This document shows positions 44,326 to 55,833 of a stretch of 64,000 nt of DNA, one piece after another (the stretch's first letter is position 1; the number at the start of each line of letters is the position of its first letter). The stretch is from Arcobacteraceae bacterium. GTDB taxonomy: Bacteria > Campylobacterota > Campylobacteria > Campylobacterales > Arcobacteraceae. The notes below the pieces were generated by a model, which saw only the letters and a program-made list of their open reading frames with translations, did not search any database and was not told the origin of the DNA. Position numbers and translations under genes: made by a program. The DNA is taken from positions 32,001 to 96,000 of the forward strand of contig CBDCZH010000015.1 in assembly GCA_965224485.1 (NCBI GenBank), read 5' to 3'.

Positions 44326-44356
44326 AATGATATTAACTATTAAAATTAATATCATT
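44326..44356. promoter_or_regulatory. Fur-like inverted repeat upstream of the TonB-dependent receptor
   Basis: AATGATATTAA...TTAATATCATT. Confidence 0.6.
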
Positions 44357-44368
44357 AAAAGGGAAAAA

Positions 44369-46309
44369 ATGAAAAACAAGCTTATTAAAAACATTGCACT
44401 TAGTGCAGTTTTAGCCTCATCACTATTCGCAAGTGATAACTTAGATAATGTAGTAGTAACTGCAAAATCAAATCAATCAATTGCAGATACAGCGGGTAGT
44501 ATCTCAATTGTAACGGCAAAAGACATCTCAAAAATGCATGCTTCTTCTGTTCAAGATATTTTAGAAGAAGTTGTAGGTGTTAATATGAGTGTAAACGATA
44601 GTACTTTTGGTGGTAGGGAATCAATTTCTATAAGAGGAACAGCTAGTAAGCATACATTAATTTTAATTGATGGAAAAATTGTATCAGGAAGCGATGCACA
44701 GATTGGGCATTCAGATTTCCAATATAACTGGCTTCCAATTAGTACTATTAGTAAAATAGAAATTATTAAAGGTCCAATGAGTTCAATTTATGGTTCACAA
44801 GCAATTGGTGGAGTAATTAACATCATAACAAAGAAAAATAATAAAAAGATATATGGTGATGTTGATGTTACAATTGGTAATAATAATCAATCAGGAGGAA
44901 CTGAAAGAGATATCTCTTTTAATATTGGTGGAAAAGTTTTTGATAAACTTTCTATGACTTTAGCCTTACAAAAAAAAGAAATTGACCCTGTTATAAAAGA
45001 GGATAATGCTAAATTATATGACAGAGAAGGTAAAAGAATTAAAAATGCAATGTTAGGTTTTAACTTTGACATTGATGATACACAAGAAATCTCAGCATCT
45101 TATTTAAAAGGTAAAGAGATTAGAAGTTTTACAACTGTAAATAGAAGAACAAAGGCAGTTATACTAAGAGATGAATATTATGACATTGATAAAAGTAATT
45201 ATTCTTTAGGATATTTAAAAAGATTCCAAGATATTACAATGGATTTGAAATATTATGTAACAAAATCTGACTCACATACGGATGAACATCAATATACACA
45301 TAAATTAAAAAACAGTGTTTTAAATACAGAGTTTAAAATTGATAGTTTTGATAAACACTTTATAGTTGCTGGTTTAGAATATAGAAAAGAGTCATATAAT
45401 AAAGCTTATGATAATAAGCTAACTTCAAAAGGGAAAGCAACTGTTGATTTTAAAGATGATATTACATACAAATCAGTTTATTTACAAGATGAAATTGAAG
45501 TAAATTCTAAATTAATATTAACTTTAGGAGCAAGATATGATAAACACGAAAAATTTGGAGGAGAATTAAGTCCTAAAGCAAATATAGTTTATAAACTTGA
45601 TTCAAATAACAGATTAAAAGCTGGTTATGGGCATGGTTTTAGTGCACCAACTGTAACAAAAAACTCATCTGCTTACTCATTTAGTGGTGCACATGTTTTT
45701 ATGGGTAATGATGATTTAAAACCTGAAGTTTCTGATACTTTTGAACTTGGATATGAGTATCAAAAAGATAAAAAATTATTTAAGTCAACAATTTATCATA
45801 CAAAAATAAAAGATTTAATTGAAGGTTTAAAAATTGGTGAGAATAAAATACCAACGGGGCCTGGTACGTTTTACACACAAGATATTCACAAATATTCAAA
45901 TATAGGACAAGTTACTATTAATGGACTTGAACTTGAATATACACAAAAAGAAATTTTAAAAGACTTAGATTTTAATATTGGATATAACTTTATTAAAACA
46001 AAAAATAAAGATACTGGAAAAGAATTAACTGCTAGACCAAAACATAATTTAAATTTAAAATTATCTTATGCTCTTGATTATAAAATTAATGCTGATGCAA
46101 GACTTAATTATACAGGAGTTCAAAAAGGTGACGAAAATAAGACTTTAAGTGGATATACAACAGCTTCTGTTCAATTATCTAAAGAATTTGCAAAAAATCT
46201 TACTGCTAGAATTGGAATTGAGAACTTAATGGATAAAAAATTATCTGATGATTTCAACTATCAATTAAAAGGAAGATTACTTTATTTAGGAATAAATTAC
46301 AAATTTTAG
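44369..46309 (+). CDS. TonB-dependent outer-membrane receptor
   Basis: Signal peptide, TonB box DNVVVTA, plug ISIRG..LILIDG..IEIIKGPMSSIYG, C-terminal YKF. Confidence 0.95.
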   Translation: MKNKLIKNIALSAVLASSLFASDNLDNVVVTAKSNQSIADTAGSISIVTAKDISKMHASSVQDILEEVVGVNMSVNDSTFGGRESISIRGTASKHTLILIDGKIVSGSDAQIGHSDFQYNWLPISTISKIEIIKGPMSSIYGSQAIGGVINIITKKNNKKIYGDVDVTIGNNNQSGGTERDISFNIGGKVFDKLSMTLALQKKEIDPVIKEDNAKLYDREGKRIKNAMLGFNFDIDDTQEISASYLKGKEIRSFTTVNRRTKAVILRDEYYDIDKSNYSLGYLKRFQDITMDLKYYVTKSDSHTDEHQYTHKLKNSVLNTEFKIDSFDKHFIVAGLEYRKESYNKAYDNKLTSKGKATVDFKDDITYKSVYLQDEIEVNSKLILTLGARYDKHEKFGGELSPKANIVYKLDSNNRLKAGYGHGFSAPTVTKNSSAYSFSGAHVFMGNDDLKPEVSDTFELGYEYQKDKKLFKSTIYHTKIKDLIEGLKIGENKIPTGPGTFYTQDIHKYSNIGQVTINGLELEYTQKEILKDLDFNIGYNFIKTKNKDTGKELTARPKHNLNLKLSYALDYKINADARLNYTGVQKGDENKTLSGYTTASVQLSKEFAKNLTARIGIENLMDKKLSDDFNYQLKGRLLYLGINYKF

Positions 46310-46315
46310 TCACTA

Positions 46316-46340
46316 ACTCTTGACCTCTTGGGTCAAGAGT
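46316..46340 (+). terminator. Intercistronic hairpin after the receptor gene
   Basis: ACTCTTGACC-TCTTG-GGTCAAGAGT, no U-tract. Confidence 0.5.
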
Positions 46341-46361
46341 ATAAAAAGGAAAAAATACTTA

Positions 46362-49300
46362 ATGAAAAAAATACTATTAATACTAACTCTTATTTCATGT
46401 TTTTTATTTGCTCAAGAAAAAAAAGTGCTTATAATTTCAACTGCTATGGCAAAATCATCACAAGATGCAAAGTTATCATTTATTAAAAATGAAGCTAAAA
46501 AAATAAATCTTATACTTGATTATAAATTTTTTGATGAAATTACACCAAGAGATAAAGCAGATAAACTTTTACAAAGCAAAAAAAATAAAAAAGATGAATT
46601 AAGAGAAGCTAGATTCTCACTATTAGGTCAATATGATTTAGTTATTTTTGACTCACTTGCCGGTGTGTCTTCTTTAAAAAGAATGTTAGATAACTTTGAT
46701 GATATAGTTGAAACCTTAGATAATATAAAAATATTACCTCTTATAAAAACAGATGAAAATCCTTATTTAAGAAACATTTCAAAAGAAAATAGTGATTTAA
46801 TTTATGATTATTGGAGAAATGGAGGTAAAACAAATACTCAAAATATGCTTTTATATATTAAGAATAATATTTTGCAAAAGAAAAATCTAAAAATAGATGC
46901 TCCTGTTATTTTACCTAAAAGTGGAATATATCACCCTTCTTACCCAGACCTAATTTTTTCTTCAACAAAAGAGTATTTTGAATATTTTAATATTGATAGA
47001 AAGAAACCAATAGTTGCTTTAACATTTTCAAGAAACTCAATAGTATCAAATATTTTAGACCCAATTAATTATTTAATTAAAGAACTTGAAAACAAAAATG
47101 CAACTCCTTTGGCTTATTATTTTGAATCTACTAAAGATGATGCTATTGGTTTTAAGTTTTTAAGAGAAAATAATAAAACTATAGCAAACTCTTTAGTAGT
47201 ATTCTCATCTTTTATTATGGATGATGGAAGTATGAAAAAAGCCTATGATAAACTAAATATTCCAATTTTACATGGTATTTATTATAGACAAGGAGACCAA
47301 AAAGAGTGGGAAAATAGTAAAGAAGGTTTAGCTTTTGGTTCAATTGCTATGCAGTATATTGTTCCTGAGACTCTTGGATATACAGATAGTTTAGTAATAG
47401 CCGCACAAGAGAAAATAACAAAAGAGATAAAAACAATAAGTTATCAAATGGACTCATTTGCCCTAAAAGCAATTAATTTAGCAAAATTGGGAATAACTAA
47501 AAATAAGAATAAAAAAATAGCACTTATGTATTATGGTGGAGGAATTAATTCTATTGGAGCATCTGGTTTAAATATTCCTAAAACTATTGAGAAGTTTCTA
47601 AAAGATTTAAAAGAAAAAGGATATGATACTAAACTTAAAGATGCTGCTTGGTTTGAGAAGCAAGGACCAAAAACACTTTTAGCCTATCATAGTAAAAATC
47701 AAGAAGAAAAAATGTTAAATGAAAATGCAGCAGATCTTTTTCCTTATGATAAATATATAAAATTTTTTAGAAAACTTCCTATATCTTTACAAAAATCTAT
47801 TAATAAAACACATAAAAGTGCAAGATTTTCAAAAATGATTGTATGGAAAAACAATAAAAGATATTTTTTAATACCTAGAATCAAGCTTGGCAATATTATT
47901 TTAATGCCACAACCAAATGCAGAAAGAGTTGATAAAAATAAAAATAAAATAAAAATGTTAGAAGATATTAGTATAAGTGAAGAAAAAGAAGATATTCATA
48001 ATACTAGTGTTCCAATTTCTCACTCTTATTTAGCCTCATATTTATATGTGCGAGAACAATTTAAAGCAAATGCAATAATTCATTTAGGAACACATGGAAC
48101 AGTAGAGTGGACTTATGGAAAAGCTAGAGGACTTAGTATTTATGATAGCCCTATTTTAGCCCTTGGTTCTTTACCTCATTTTTATCCATATATTATGAAT
48201 AATGTTGCTGAGACTTTACAAGTAAAAAGAAGAGCAAGAGGAGTAGTTTTATCACACCAAACCCCTCCTTTTGCACTAAGTGGAACATATAATGAAATAA
48301 GTGAAATAAATGAACTTGTAAATCAATATGAAATAGTTACAAAAGGTTTAATACAAGAAAAAGTTAAAAAACAAATTATAGACAAAGTAGTAAAACTAAA
48401 TATTCATAAAGATATGGAAGAAAGCCTTGAAGAAATAAACGAAGATTTTGAGCATTTTTTACATGAACTTGAAGAGTATATTGAAGAAACTTCTTCTTTA
48501 GCTCAACCAATTGGTTTACATGTATTTGGAACTAATGCAAATAATAAAAATCTTACAACAACAATAATACAAATGTTAGGTAAAGAGTTTTTACAAAAAG
48601 CAAATGGCGAAGACTATGCTAAAAAAGATTACAAAGATTTTGACAAATCTAAAGCATATAAACTAATAAATGATTATGTAATAAATAATAAAGACCTAAA
48701 AAATCTAAAAGAAGAAGAGTTTAAATTTTATATAAAAGAAGCTAGAAAATTTAAAAAACTTTTTGTAGATCAAAAAGAGAGTATTAATTTATTTAGAGCC
48801 TTAAATGGTGAGCATATTAAAAGTGGTACAGGAGGAGGACCTATTAGAAACCCAGAGTCACTTCCTACTGGAATAAATATTGTTAGTTTTGATCCAAGTA
48901 AAGTTCCTTCTAAAGCTGCTTATGAAACAGGTGAAGTTTTAATGAAAGACTTTATAGCTGATTATTATTTAAAAAATTCAAAATATCCTAGTAAACTTAC
49001 CTTTAATTTATGGGGTTTAGAAACTGTACGACATCATGGGGTTATGGAAGCTCAAATCATGGCAGCTATTGGAGTAAGACCTATATGGAATGAAAACGGA
49101 GTTTCAAATACTTTTATGCAAGGTATGTTAAGAGATGTATTATCTTCATATATAGGAGATACTATTGCTAAATGGATATCTACTAAAATCACTTTAAATG
49201 GAATTGAATATATTTTAAACTTAACACCAGATACTTGGCTTATTAAAGCTAAAAAAGTTATAAAAACCTTTGCTAGTAATGGACGAGGAAGAGTAAGAGA

Positions 49301-50534
49301 TGTTGAGATCATTCCATATAGCAAGCTAAAACGTCCAAGAATTGATGTTGTTTTATCAGTTACTGGACTTTACAGAGATACCTTTCCAGGAACCATGAAA
49401 CTACTTGCAAAAGCGATTAATAAAGTTGCCACATTAAAAGAAGAAACAAATTATATTTACCTAAATGCAAATAATTTAAAAAACCAACTTATAAAAAAGG
49501 GATTAAAAGAAGAGGAAGCACTAAGATTATCTACTATTAGAATTTTTTCAAATAAAACAGGAAATTATGGTTCTGGTGTTGATGAAATTCAAGAAAGTGG
49601 TAAATGGGAAAGTTCTGATGTTATTACAAAGAAATATTTTAAAACTAGAGGTTATTATTTTGGAGCAAATGAAGATAAATGGAATGAGCAAAGAAATGAT
49701 ATTAACTTATTTGGAAATAACTTAAGTGGCTCACAAGGTGTAATATTTTCAAGATCATCTAATCTTTATGGTTTATTAACTTCTGATGATCCTTATGGTT
49801 TATTTGGTTCTTTATCTTTAGCTATCAAAAAACTTGATGGAACAAACCCTAAAACTTACATAACTAATTTAAGAGACCCAAATAATGCTAAAATACAAAC
49901 AACAGCTAAATTTATGGCTCAAGAACTAAGAAGTCGTTATTTTCATCCAAATTGGATTAAAAATATGAAAAAAGAGGGAAGTTCAGGAGCTGGTGAAATT
50001 TCAAGTGTTGTATCGAATTTTTGGGGTTGGCAAGTTGTTGATCCTGATGTTGTAAGAGATGATCAGTGGAAAGAGTTTGTTGATGTTTATATTGAAGATA
50101 AATATAACTTAGATTTACAAAAGTGGTTTAAAGAAAAAAATCCACAAGCTTTAGCTAATATGTTAGAAAAAATGACAGAAGCTTATAGAAAAGATTATTG
50201 GAATGCTGATGCGAAAACTATTAAAAAGCTTATAGAACTTTATGAAGAATTAGAAAAAGACTATAAGGTAAAAACTTTTAACTTAAAATTTAAAGAGTTT
50301 AAGAAAAAAGCAGCACAAGGATTTGGATTAGCAAGCTTAAGACAAAGCGCACAAATGAAAAAAGAGACAAAACAAGCAAAAGAAGCAGAAATGCAAAAAC
50401 AAATAAAAGGTCAAAAGTTAGAGAAACAAGCAATACATAAAGAAAAAGAAGACTATACAACATACCTTGTTTTACTATTTCTATTTTCTATTATTTTTAC
50501 TGGTTTGTTTTATGGATATAAAAAAGAAGATTAA
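46362..50534 (+). CDS. CobN/BchH-family chelatase-like protein 2, signal peptide + C-terminal TM anchor (HmuS-like)
   Basis: Paralogue of protein 1: HLGTHGT, KRRARG, PIRNPESLPTG, RPRIDV, RYFHPNWI; AAAGGA RBS. Confidence 0.92.
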   Translation: MKKILLILTLISCFLFAQEKKVLIISTAMAKSSQDAKLSFIKNEAKKINLILDYKFFDEITPRDKADKLLQSKKNKKDELREARFSLLGQYDLVIFDSLAGVSSLKRMLDNFDDIVETLDNIKILPLIKTDENPYLRNISKENSDLIYDYWRNGGKTNTQNMLLYIKNNILQKKNLKIDAPVILPKSGIYHPSYPDLIFSSTKEYFEYFNIDRKKPIVALTFSRNSIVSNILDPINYLIKELENKNATPLAYYFESTKDDAIGFKFLRENNKTIANSLVVFSSFIMDDGSMKKAYDKLNIPILHGIYYRQGDQKEWENSKEGLAFGSIAMQYIVPETLGYTDSLVIAAQEKITKEIKTISYQMDSFALKAINLAKLGITKNKNKKIALMYYGGGINSIGASGLNIPKTIEKFLKDLKEKGYDTKLKDAAWFEKQGPKTLLAYHSKNQEEKMLNENAADLFPYDKYIKFFRKLPISLQKSINKTHKSARFSKMIVWKNNKRYFLIPRIKLGNIILMPQPNAERVDKNKNKIKMLEDISISEEKEDIHNTSVPISHSYLASYLYVREQFKANAIIHLGTHGTVEWTYGKARGLSIYDSPILALGSLPHFYPYIMNNVAETLQVKRRARGVVLSHQTPPFALSGTYNEISEINELVNQYEIVTKGLIQEKVKKQIIDKVVKLNIHKDMEESLEEINEDFEHFLHELEEYIEETSSLAQPIGLHVFGTNANNKNLTTTIIQMLGKEFLQKANGEDYAKKDYKDFDKSKAYKLINDYVINNKDLKNLKEEEFKFYIKEARKFKKLFVDQKESINLFRALNGEHIKSGTGGGPIRNPESLPTGINIVSFDPSKVPSKAAYETGEVLMKDFIADYYLKNSKYPSKLTFNLWGLETVRHHGVMEAQIMAAIGVRPIWNENGVSNTFMQGMLRDVLSSYIGDTIAKWISTKITLNGIEYILNLTPDTWLIKAKKVIKTFASNGRGRVRDVEIIPYSKLKRPRIDVVLSVTGLYRDTFPGTMKLLAKAINKVATLKEETNYIYLNANNLKNQLIKKGLKEEEALRLSTIRIFSNKTGNYGSGVDEIQESGKWESSDVITKKYFKTRGYYFGANEDKWNEQRNDINLFGNNLSGSQGVIFSRSSNLYGLLTSDDPYGLFGSLSLAIKKLDGTNPKTYITNLRDPNNAKIQTTAKFMAQELRSRYFHPNWIKNMKKEGSSGAGEISSVVSNFWGWQVVDPDVVRDDQWKEFVDVYIEDKYNLDLQKWFKEKNPQALANMLEKMTEAYRKDYWNADAKTIKKLIELYEELEKDYKVKTFNLKFKEFKKKAAQGFGLASLRQSAQMKKETKQAKEAEMQKQIKGQKLEKQAIHKEKEDYTTYLVLLFLFSIIFTGLFYGYKKED

Positions 50535-50558
50535 AATAAAAAAATAAAAAGAAGAAAA

Positions 50559-51446
50559 ATGAAAAAAACTATATTATTAATTTTAAGTGTTTTACTGTTT
50601 ACATCTTGTAGTAATAAAAATCTAGCTTTTAAAATAAAAGAAAAAAAAGAGCAGTATTATTCAAGTAAAAAAGCTTCAAGTATTACTATGAAAGAGCTTA
50701 TAGATGAAATATCGCCCTATCAAGTAATATTTGTAGGGGATCATCATAATAATAATTCAACACATAAGTTTTTTAATAAAGTTTTACAAAATTTAGCTAA
50801 AGAAGGATATAACTTACATTTAGCAAATGAATGGTTCTCTCCATCTCATAATGCACTCTTAGAGTCTTATACAAGTTCTAAGATTTCAAGTGTACAGCTT
50901 AAAGAAAAAAGACAATGGAAAAAATTCACAAAATATAAATGGGATATAGTATCTCCTTTATATGAAACTGTAAAAAAATCAAATGGTAGACTTTATGGTA
51001 TAAATATATTAAAAAGCTCTAGAGCTAAAATATCTTTAAAAGAAATAGATAAAATGTCTGAAGAAGAAAAAAAGTTTTTTAAATCTTTAGATTTAAATGT
51101 ATTTCCTCATAAAAATATGGTAGCACCCTACTTTAAACACTGTTCTAAAATGAAGAAAAAATCAAGTGAACCTTGCGAACAAAGAATGTATAGAGTTCAA
51201 GTTGCTTGGGATACATATATGGCAGAACAAAGTAATATTTTGGCAAAAAAAGTCTTAAAAAGTAAAAAAGATAAACTTATTGTTTTTGTAGGTGCCTTGC
51301 ATATCGAACAAGGTCTAGGAATACCACTTCGTTTTTCAAGATTAAATAACACTATTTTTACCTCAATTTCAAACTATAAGATTGAAGAAGACAAAGAAAT
51401 ACTTATACCTTTAAATAAAGCTGATATTTTATATCTTTATAAATAA
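50559..51446 (+). CDS. ChaN-family haem-binding lipoprotein
   Basis: Lipobox LFTSC; VIFVGDHH, LANEWF, QVAWDTYMA, VGALHI..G.GIP.R. Confidence 0.82.
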   Translation: MKKTILLILSVLLFTSCSNKNLAFKIKEKKEQYYSSKKASSITMKELIDEISPYQVIFVGDHHNNNSTHKFFNKVLQNLAKEGYNLHLANEWFSPSHNALLESYTSSKISSVQLKEKRQWKKFTKYKWDIVSPLYETVKKSNGRLYGINILKSSRAKISLKEIDKMSEEEKKFFKSLDLNVFPHKNMVAPYFKHCSKMKKKSSEPCEQRMYRVQVAWDTYMAEQSNILAKKVLKSKKDKLIVFVGALHIEQGLGIPLRFSRLNNTIFTSISNYKIEEDKEILIPLNKADILYLYK

Positions 51447-51467
51447 ATTAAAATAAATGAGTAAAAA

Positions 51468-54400
51468 TTGAAAACAATTATAAAATTAAGTTTAGAAAAC
51501 AGGTCTTTAAATCATTTATTCTTTTTATTTTTAATAATATTTGCATATTTTTCATATTCTAAAATTGCAAAAGAGATGTTTCCTCCTAATTCTCTTGATA
51601 GAGTTATAGTACAAGGTACTTATATTGGAGCTAGTCCTACTATTTTAGATAAATTAATAGTAAAAGATATAGAAAAGATTTTATTAGATAATCAAAACTT
51701 AGAAGATATTCATACCTTAATTTCAAGTGGAACATTTCATATAAATGCCCAAATTAAGGACTCATATAAAAAACAAAAAATTGTTAATAATATAAAAAAT
51801 AAAATTGAGAACTTAAAAAAAGATCTTCCATCTGATATGGATTTACCAACTGTTGACACAGTTGAAAGTTATTTTTCCTTACTTTATATTTCAATTTCTT
51901 CAAAAACTAATACAAATTATATTGAAGTAGCAAAACAATTACGAGATGAAATAAAGAAATTAAGAGATTTATATAGTGTAGAGTTAAATGAAAACTATGA
52001 AAATATTCTTCAAATAACTCTTAATCAAGAGAAAATAAAAGCATATAATGTTTCAGTATCAAAAACAATACAAGCTTTAAAAAGTTTATATTCTTTATAT
52101 CCAATTGGAAAAGTAAATACAAAAGATCAAAAATATTATCTAAATACACAAAATTCAAATATAAGCATAAAAAAGATTTTAAACTCTTTTATAAAAGTAG
52201 ATAATAGTTTAATTTTTATAAAAGATATAGCAAAAATAAAATATGCATATGAGGAAAGTAGTTTAATAAATAAAACAAATGCAAAACCTAGTGTTAGTAT
52301 TAATATTAAAAAAGATAAAAGTGGAGATAGTATAGAATTATCAAAACAAATAAGAAAAACTATAGCTCATTATCAAAGTACCTACAAAGATATTGAGTTT
52401 AAAGTTTTAAGTGATAGTTCTTTTTGGATAAAAACGAGACTAAATGTAATTTCTTCAAATATAATAATAGGATTAATTCTTCTATTTTTTGCTATTTGGA
52501 TTTTTATCTCTTTAAAAATAGCTCTTGTTGTAATCTTAGGAATTCCAGTTAGTTTTGCTTTTGGTTTAATTGGACTTGATTTTTTTGATGCTTCTTTAAA
52601 TACTTTATCTATGATAGGAGTTCTTTTAAGTTTAGGAATATTAGTTGATGAAGCCATTGTTGTAAGTGAGAATATACATAGGCATCAAAGTAATGGAAAA
52701 GATATTAAAACTGCATGTATTGACGGAACAAGTGAGGTAATGCCTATATTATTTGCATCAATGTTAACTAGTATTATCGCTTTTGCTCCTTTAACTATGT
52801 TATCAGGTGGATTAGGAATGTTTATTAAGATTATTCCTTTAATGGTGATTATTTTAATAATTAGCTCTTTTATTGAAAGTTTCTTATTTTTACCACTACA
52901 TTATAAAGATTTGAGTTTTAAAATATTTGAAAATAATAAAAATGATTTTAGAGAACGATTTTGGAATAAGATTACAAATAAATATAAACAATCTTTAGCT
53001 TTTTTTATAAAAAGAAAGTATATAAATGCTTTTTTATTAATATTTTTTATACTCTTTTTTACTGTCATTTTTGCAAAAAATGCCAAGTTTCAACTTTTTC
53101 CAGAATTTGATGCAATGAGTATAAACATAACAGGAAAAGTTAAAAACAACTCTTTAACTTATACAAATCAAAAAATAGCAAAACTTGAAAAACTATTATT
53201 AGAAAAACTAAAAAAAGAAAATATTGCTTCAATTTCTACAATAATAGGAATGAATAGTGATGGAAGATCAAAGCATGATAGAGGGGATAATTTATTTACC
53301 TTTACTCTGCACCTAAAGCAAAAGATTCCAGATGATTTTTTCAATAAATATATAAATCCAATTTTTATACCTCTAAAAGATGATTATAAAAATAGAACAA
53401 GAACAATCTTTGCTCAAGATATAAAAGCTAAGATTTATACTTTAGTAAAACAAAACAATATAGAAGATGATTTTATTGAGTTTAATATAAATATTCCCCA
53501 AACAGGAGTTGTTAAAAATGATATAGTTATTTCGGTTTCACATAAAAACAATAATAAAATTCAAGAAGTTATAAATTCAATCAAAAAGAATATGCAAGAT
53601 ATGGAATATATTAATAATATTAATGATGATATGAATTTTGATGAAATTAAAATTGATATAGATTTAAATACTTATGGTAGAAGCCTTGGTTTCACACAAA
53701 CAAGTCTTGTAAAAAAAGTAAGAAATCTTATTTCAAATAAAGACTTATCAAAAGTTATAAATACAAAATTAAATTTAATTCAATTACAAGTTGACTTTTT
53801 AAATAAAAAAGATATAAAAACTATAAAGAATTTAAGTTTAGAAGTTCCAAATTCTTCTAAAGTAATCTTTTTAAAAGACATAGCTAACTTATATTTTACT
53901 AAAGATGTTACAAATATAAAAAAAGATAATTTACGAAAAGTATTTACAATAACAGCTAATATAGAGAAAAAGCATCTAAGCTCAAGAGAATTTTTTGAAA
54001 AAATAAATCCTTTACTTGAAAATATAAAAAAAGATGGTGTTAAACTGCTTATAAAAGGAGAAGAAAAAACTAATAAACAAATACAAAAAGATATTTTATT
54101 ATCTTTTCTTGTTGCTTTAGGAGGAATACTTTTAGTTCTTACTTGGTTGTTCTCCTCACTATTTTTATCACTATTTGCCCTAAGTGTTATTCCTTTATCT
54201 ATTTTTGGAGTTTTAATAGGTCATAGTATAATGAATATAAACATTACTTTTTCTTCACTTTTAGGTTTTATTGGTTTAATTGGAATTGTAATAAATGATA
54301 CACTAATAATTTAAAATTTATAAGCAAGGCAAAAAACAAAGAAGAGTTACTGCAAAATGCTAGTATAAGGCTAAGACCCATATTATTAACTTCACTTACT

Positions 54401-54565
54401 ACAATCTTAGGTTTAAGTACTTTAATATTTTTTGCCTCAGGAGAGAGTTTATTAATGCAACCGCTTGCAATTTCTATTGGTTTTGGGTTAATATTTTCAA
54501 CTATTATTAACTTATATTATATTCCTTTATTATATAGTTTTAACAAAAGATTTAATATCAATTAA
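51468..54565 (+). CDS. RND (AcrB-like) efflux permease, one base missing at ~54310
   Basis: KEMFP, GIPVSF, LGILVDEAIVVSENI; shifted frame continues RLRPILLTSLTTILG..QPLAISIGFG to stop 54565. Confidence 0.88.
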
Positions 54566-54579
54566 GATAATTATTATCA
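54565..54579. promoter_or_regulatory. Fur box upstream of tonB
   Basis: AGATAAT-T-ATTATCA. Confidence 0.75.
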
Positions 54580-54600
54580 ATATTAGTATATAATATTATT

Positions 54601-55317
54601 ATGTACAGTAAATTTACTTTAAGCTTATCTTTTATTATTATTTCATTTGTTCACTTTACAGTGATTAGCTCTTTTGTTCTGCAAAAAGAAGAGTTAGCTG
54701 TTGCAAGAAAAAGTACAATAATTCCTATTTCATTAAAGAAAGTTATTATTAAACAAAAAGAAATTAAGAAAGTAGAAAAAGTACTAGAAATAGTTAAAGA
54801 ATTTAAAAAAGTTAAGCTAATAAAAAAAGTAAAGATAGTTAAAAAAGCGATAAAAAAGATAATAAAAAAAGAAAAAATAGTTAAGTTAATAAAAAAACCA
54901 ATTAGAAAAAAAATATTTAAAAAAGAAATAAAAGAGCAAAAAAAACTTGTTCAAACTAATATAAAAAAATTACCTCAAATAAAAAGAGAAAAAATTATAA
55001 TTTCTCAAAATCAAAGAAATATTATCAAAAATGAATATTTATTAATGGTTAAAGAGCATATAGAAAAATATAAATATTATCCAAAAAGAGCAAAACGATT
55101 AAAACAAGAAGGAAAAGTTGAATTATCTTTTATCATAAATAAAAGTGGTCATATTTCAAAAATTAAACTTAGAGGAAAATGCCCTTATAAACGTTTAAAT
55201 AATGCTGCTATTGCTATTTTAGAAAAAATTGCTAAGTTTATACCAATTCCAAAAGAACTAGGTAAAACTAGCATAGAAGTTAATATACCTATTGAGTATT
55301 ATATTATAAATGTTTAG
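54601..55317 (+). CDS. tonB: Energy transducer TonB
   Basis: TM with S..H, Lys-rich linker, YPKRAKRLKQEGKV.LSF.I. Confidence 0.9.
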   Translation: MYSKFTLSLSFIIISFVHFTVISSFVLQKEELAVARKSTIIPISLKKVIIKQKEIKKVEKVLEIVKEFKKVKLIKKVKIVKKAIKKIIKKEKIVKLIKKPIRKKIFKKEIKEQKKLVQTNIKKLPQIKREKIIISQNQRNIIKNEYLLMVKEHIEKYKYYPKRAKRLKQEGKVELSFIINKSGHISKIKLRGKCPYKRLNNAAIAILEKIAKFIPIPKELGKTSIEVNIPIEYYIINV

Positions 55318-55326
55318 GAGAGTTAG

Positions 55327-55833
55327 ATGATAGAATTAGTTGATTACATAAATAGAGGTGGCATAATTGTTTATGTTTTACTTGCATTAAATATAATAGG
55401 ATTTACTATTATGTTATGGAAATTGTTTGTTTTTATATATGCTAAAAGAGAGTTGTCTTATTTTGTAGAAGAAATAGTTACTAAAATAAAACTATCAAAA
55501 AGTATTTACAATGAAAAACTTTTTCAAAATGTTATTCGTAAAAAAATCAATTCATTAGAAAGTGGATTAAATACTATTAAAATAATTGCTTCAATTTCTC
55601 CATTACTTGGTTTATTAGGAACAGTAATAGGAGTGCTTAACTCTTTTGACTCTATTTCTAAATCAGGCCTTGGAGATCCAAGTATCTTCTCAACAGGTAT
55701 TTCAATTGCTCTAATTACAACAGTTGCTGGTTTAATTGTATCAATTCCCCATTATATTGGATATAACTATTTTATTGGCTCATTAGATTATATTGAGCAC
55801 AGAATTGAAGAAGAAGTGATAGACTCTTTATGA
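55327..55833 (+). CDS. exbB: ExbB/TolQ proton-channel protein
   Basis: IASISPLLGLLGTVIG, GISIALITTVAGL. Confidence 0.88.
   Translation: MIELVDYINRGGIIVYVLLALNIIGFTIMLWKLFVFIYAKRELSYFVEEIVTKIKLSKSIYNEKLFQNVIRKKINSLESGLNTIKIIASISPLLGLLGTVIGVLNSFDSISKSGLGDPSIFSTGISIALITTVAGLIVSIPHYIGYNYFIGSLDYIEHRIEEEVIDSL

Noticed and set aside
40177..50534. Cobalamin biosynthesis cobN genes
   Set aside because: Export signals and membrane anchors, no cobS/cobT or other cob/cbi genes, Fur boxes and no B12 riboswitch visible.
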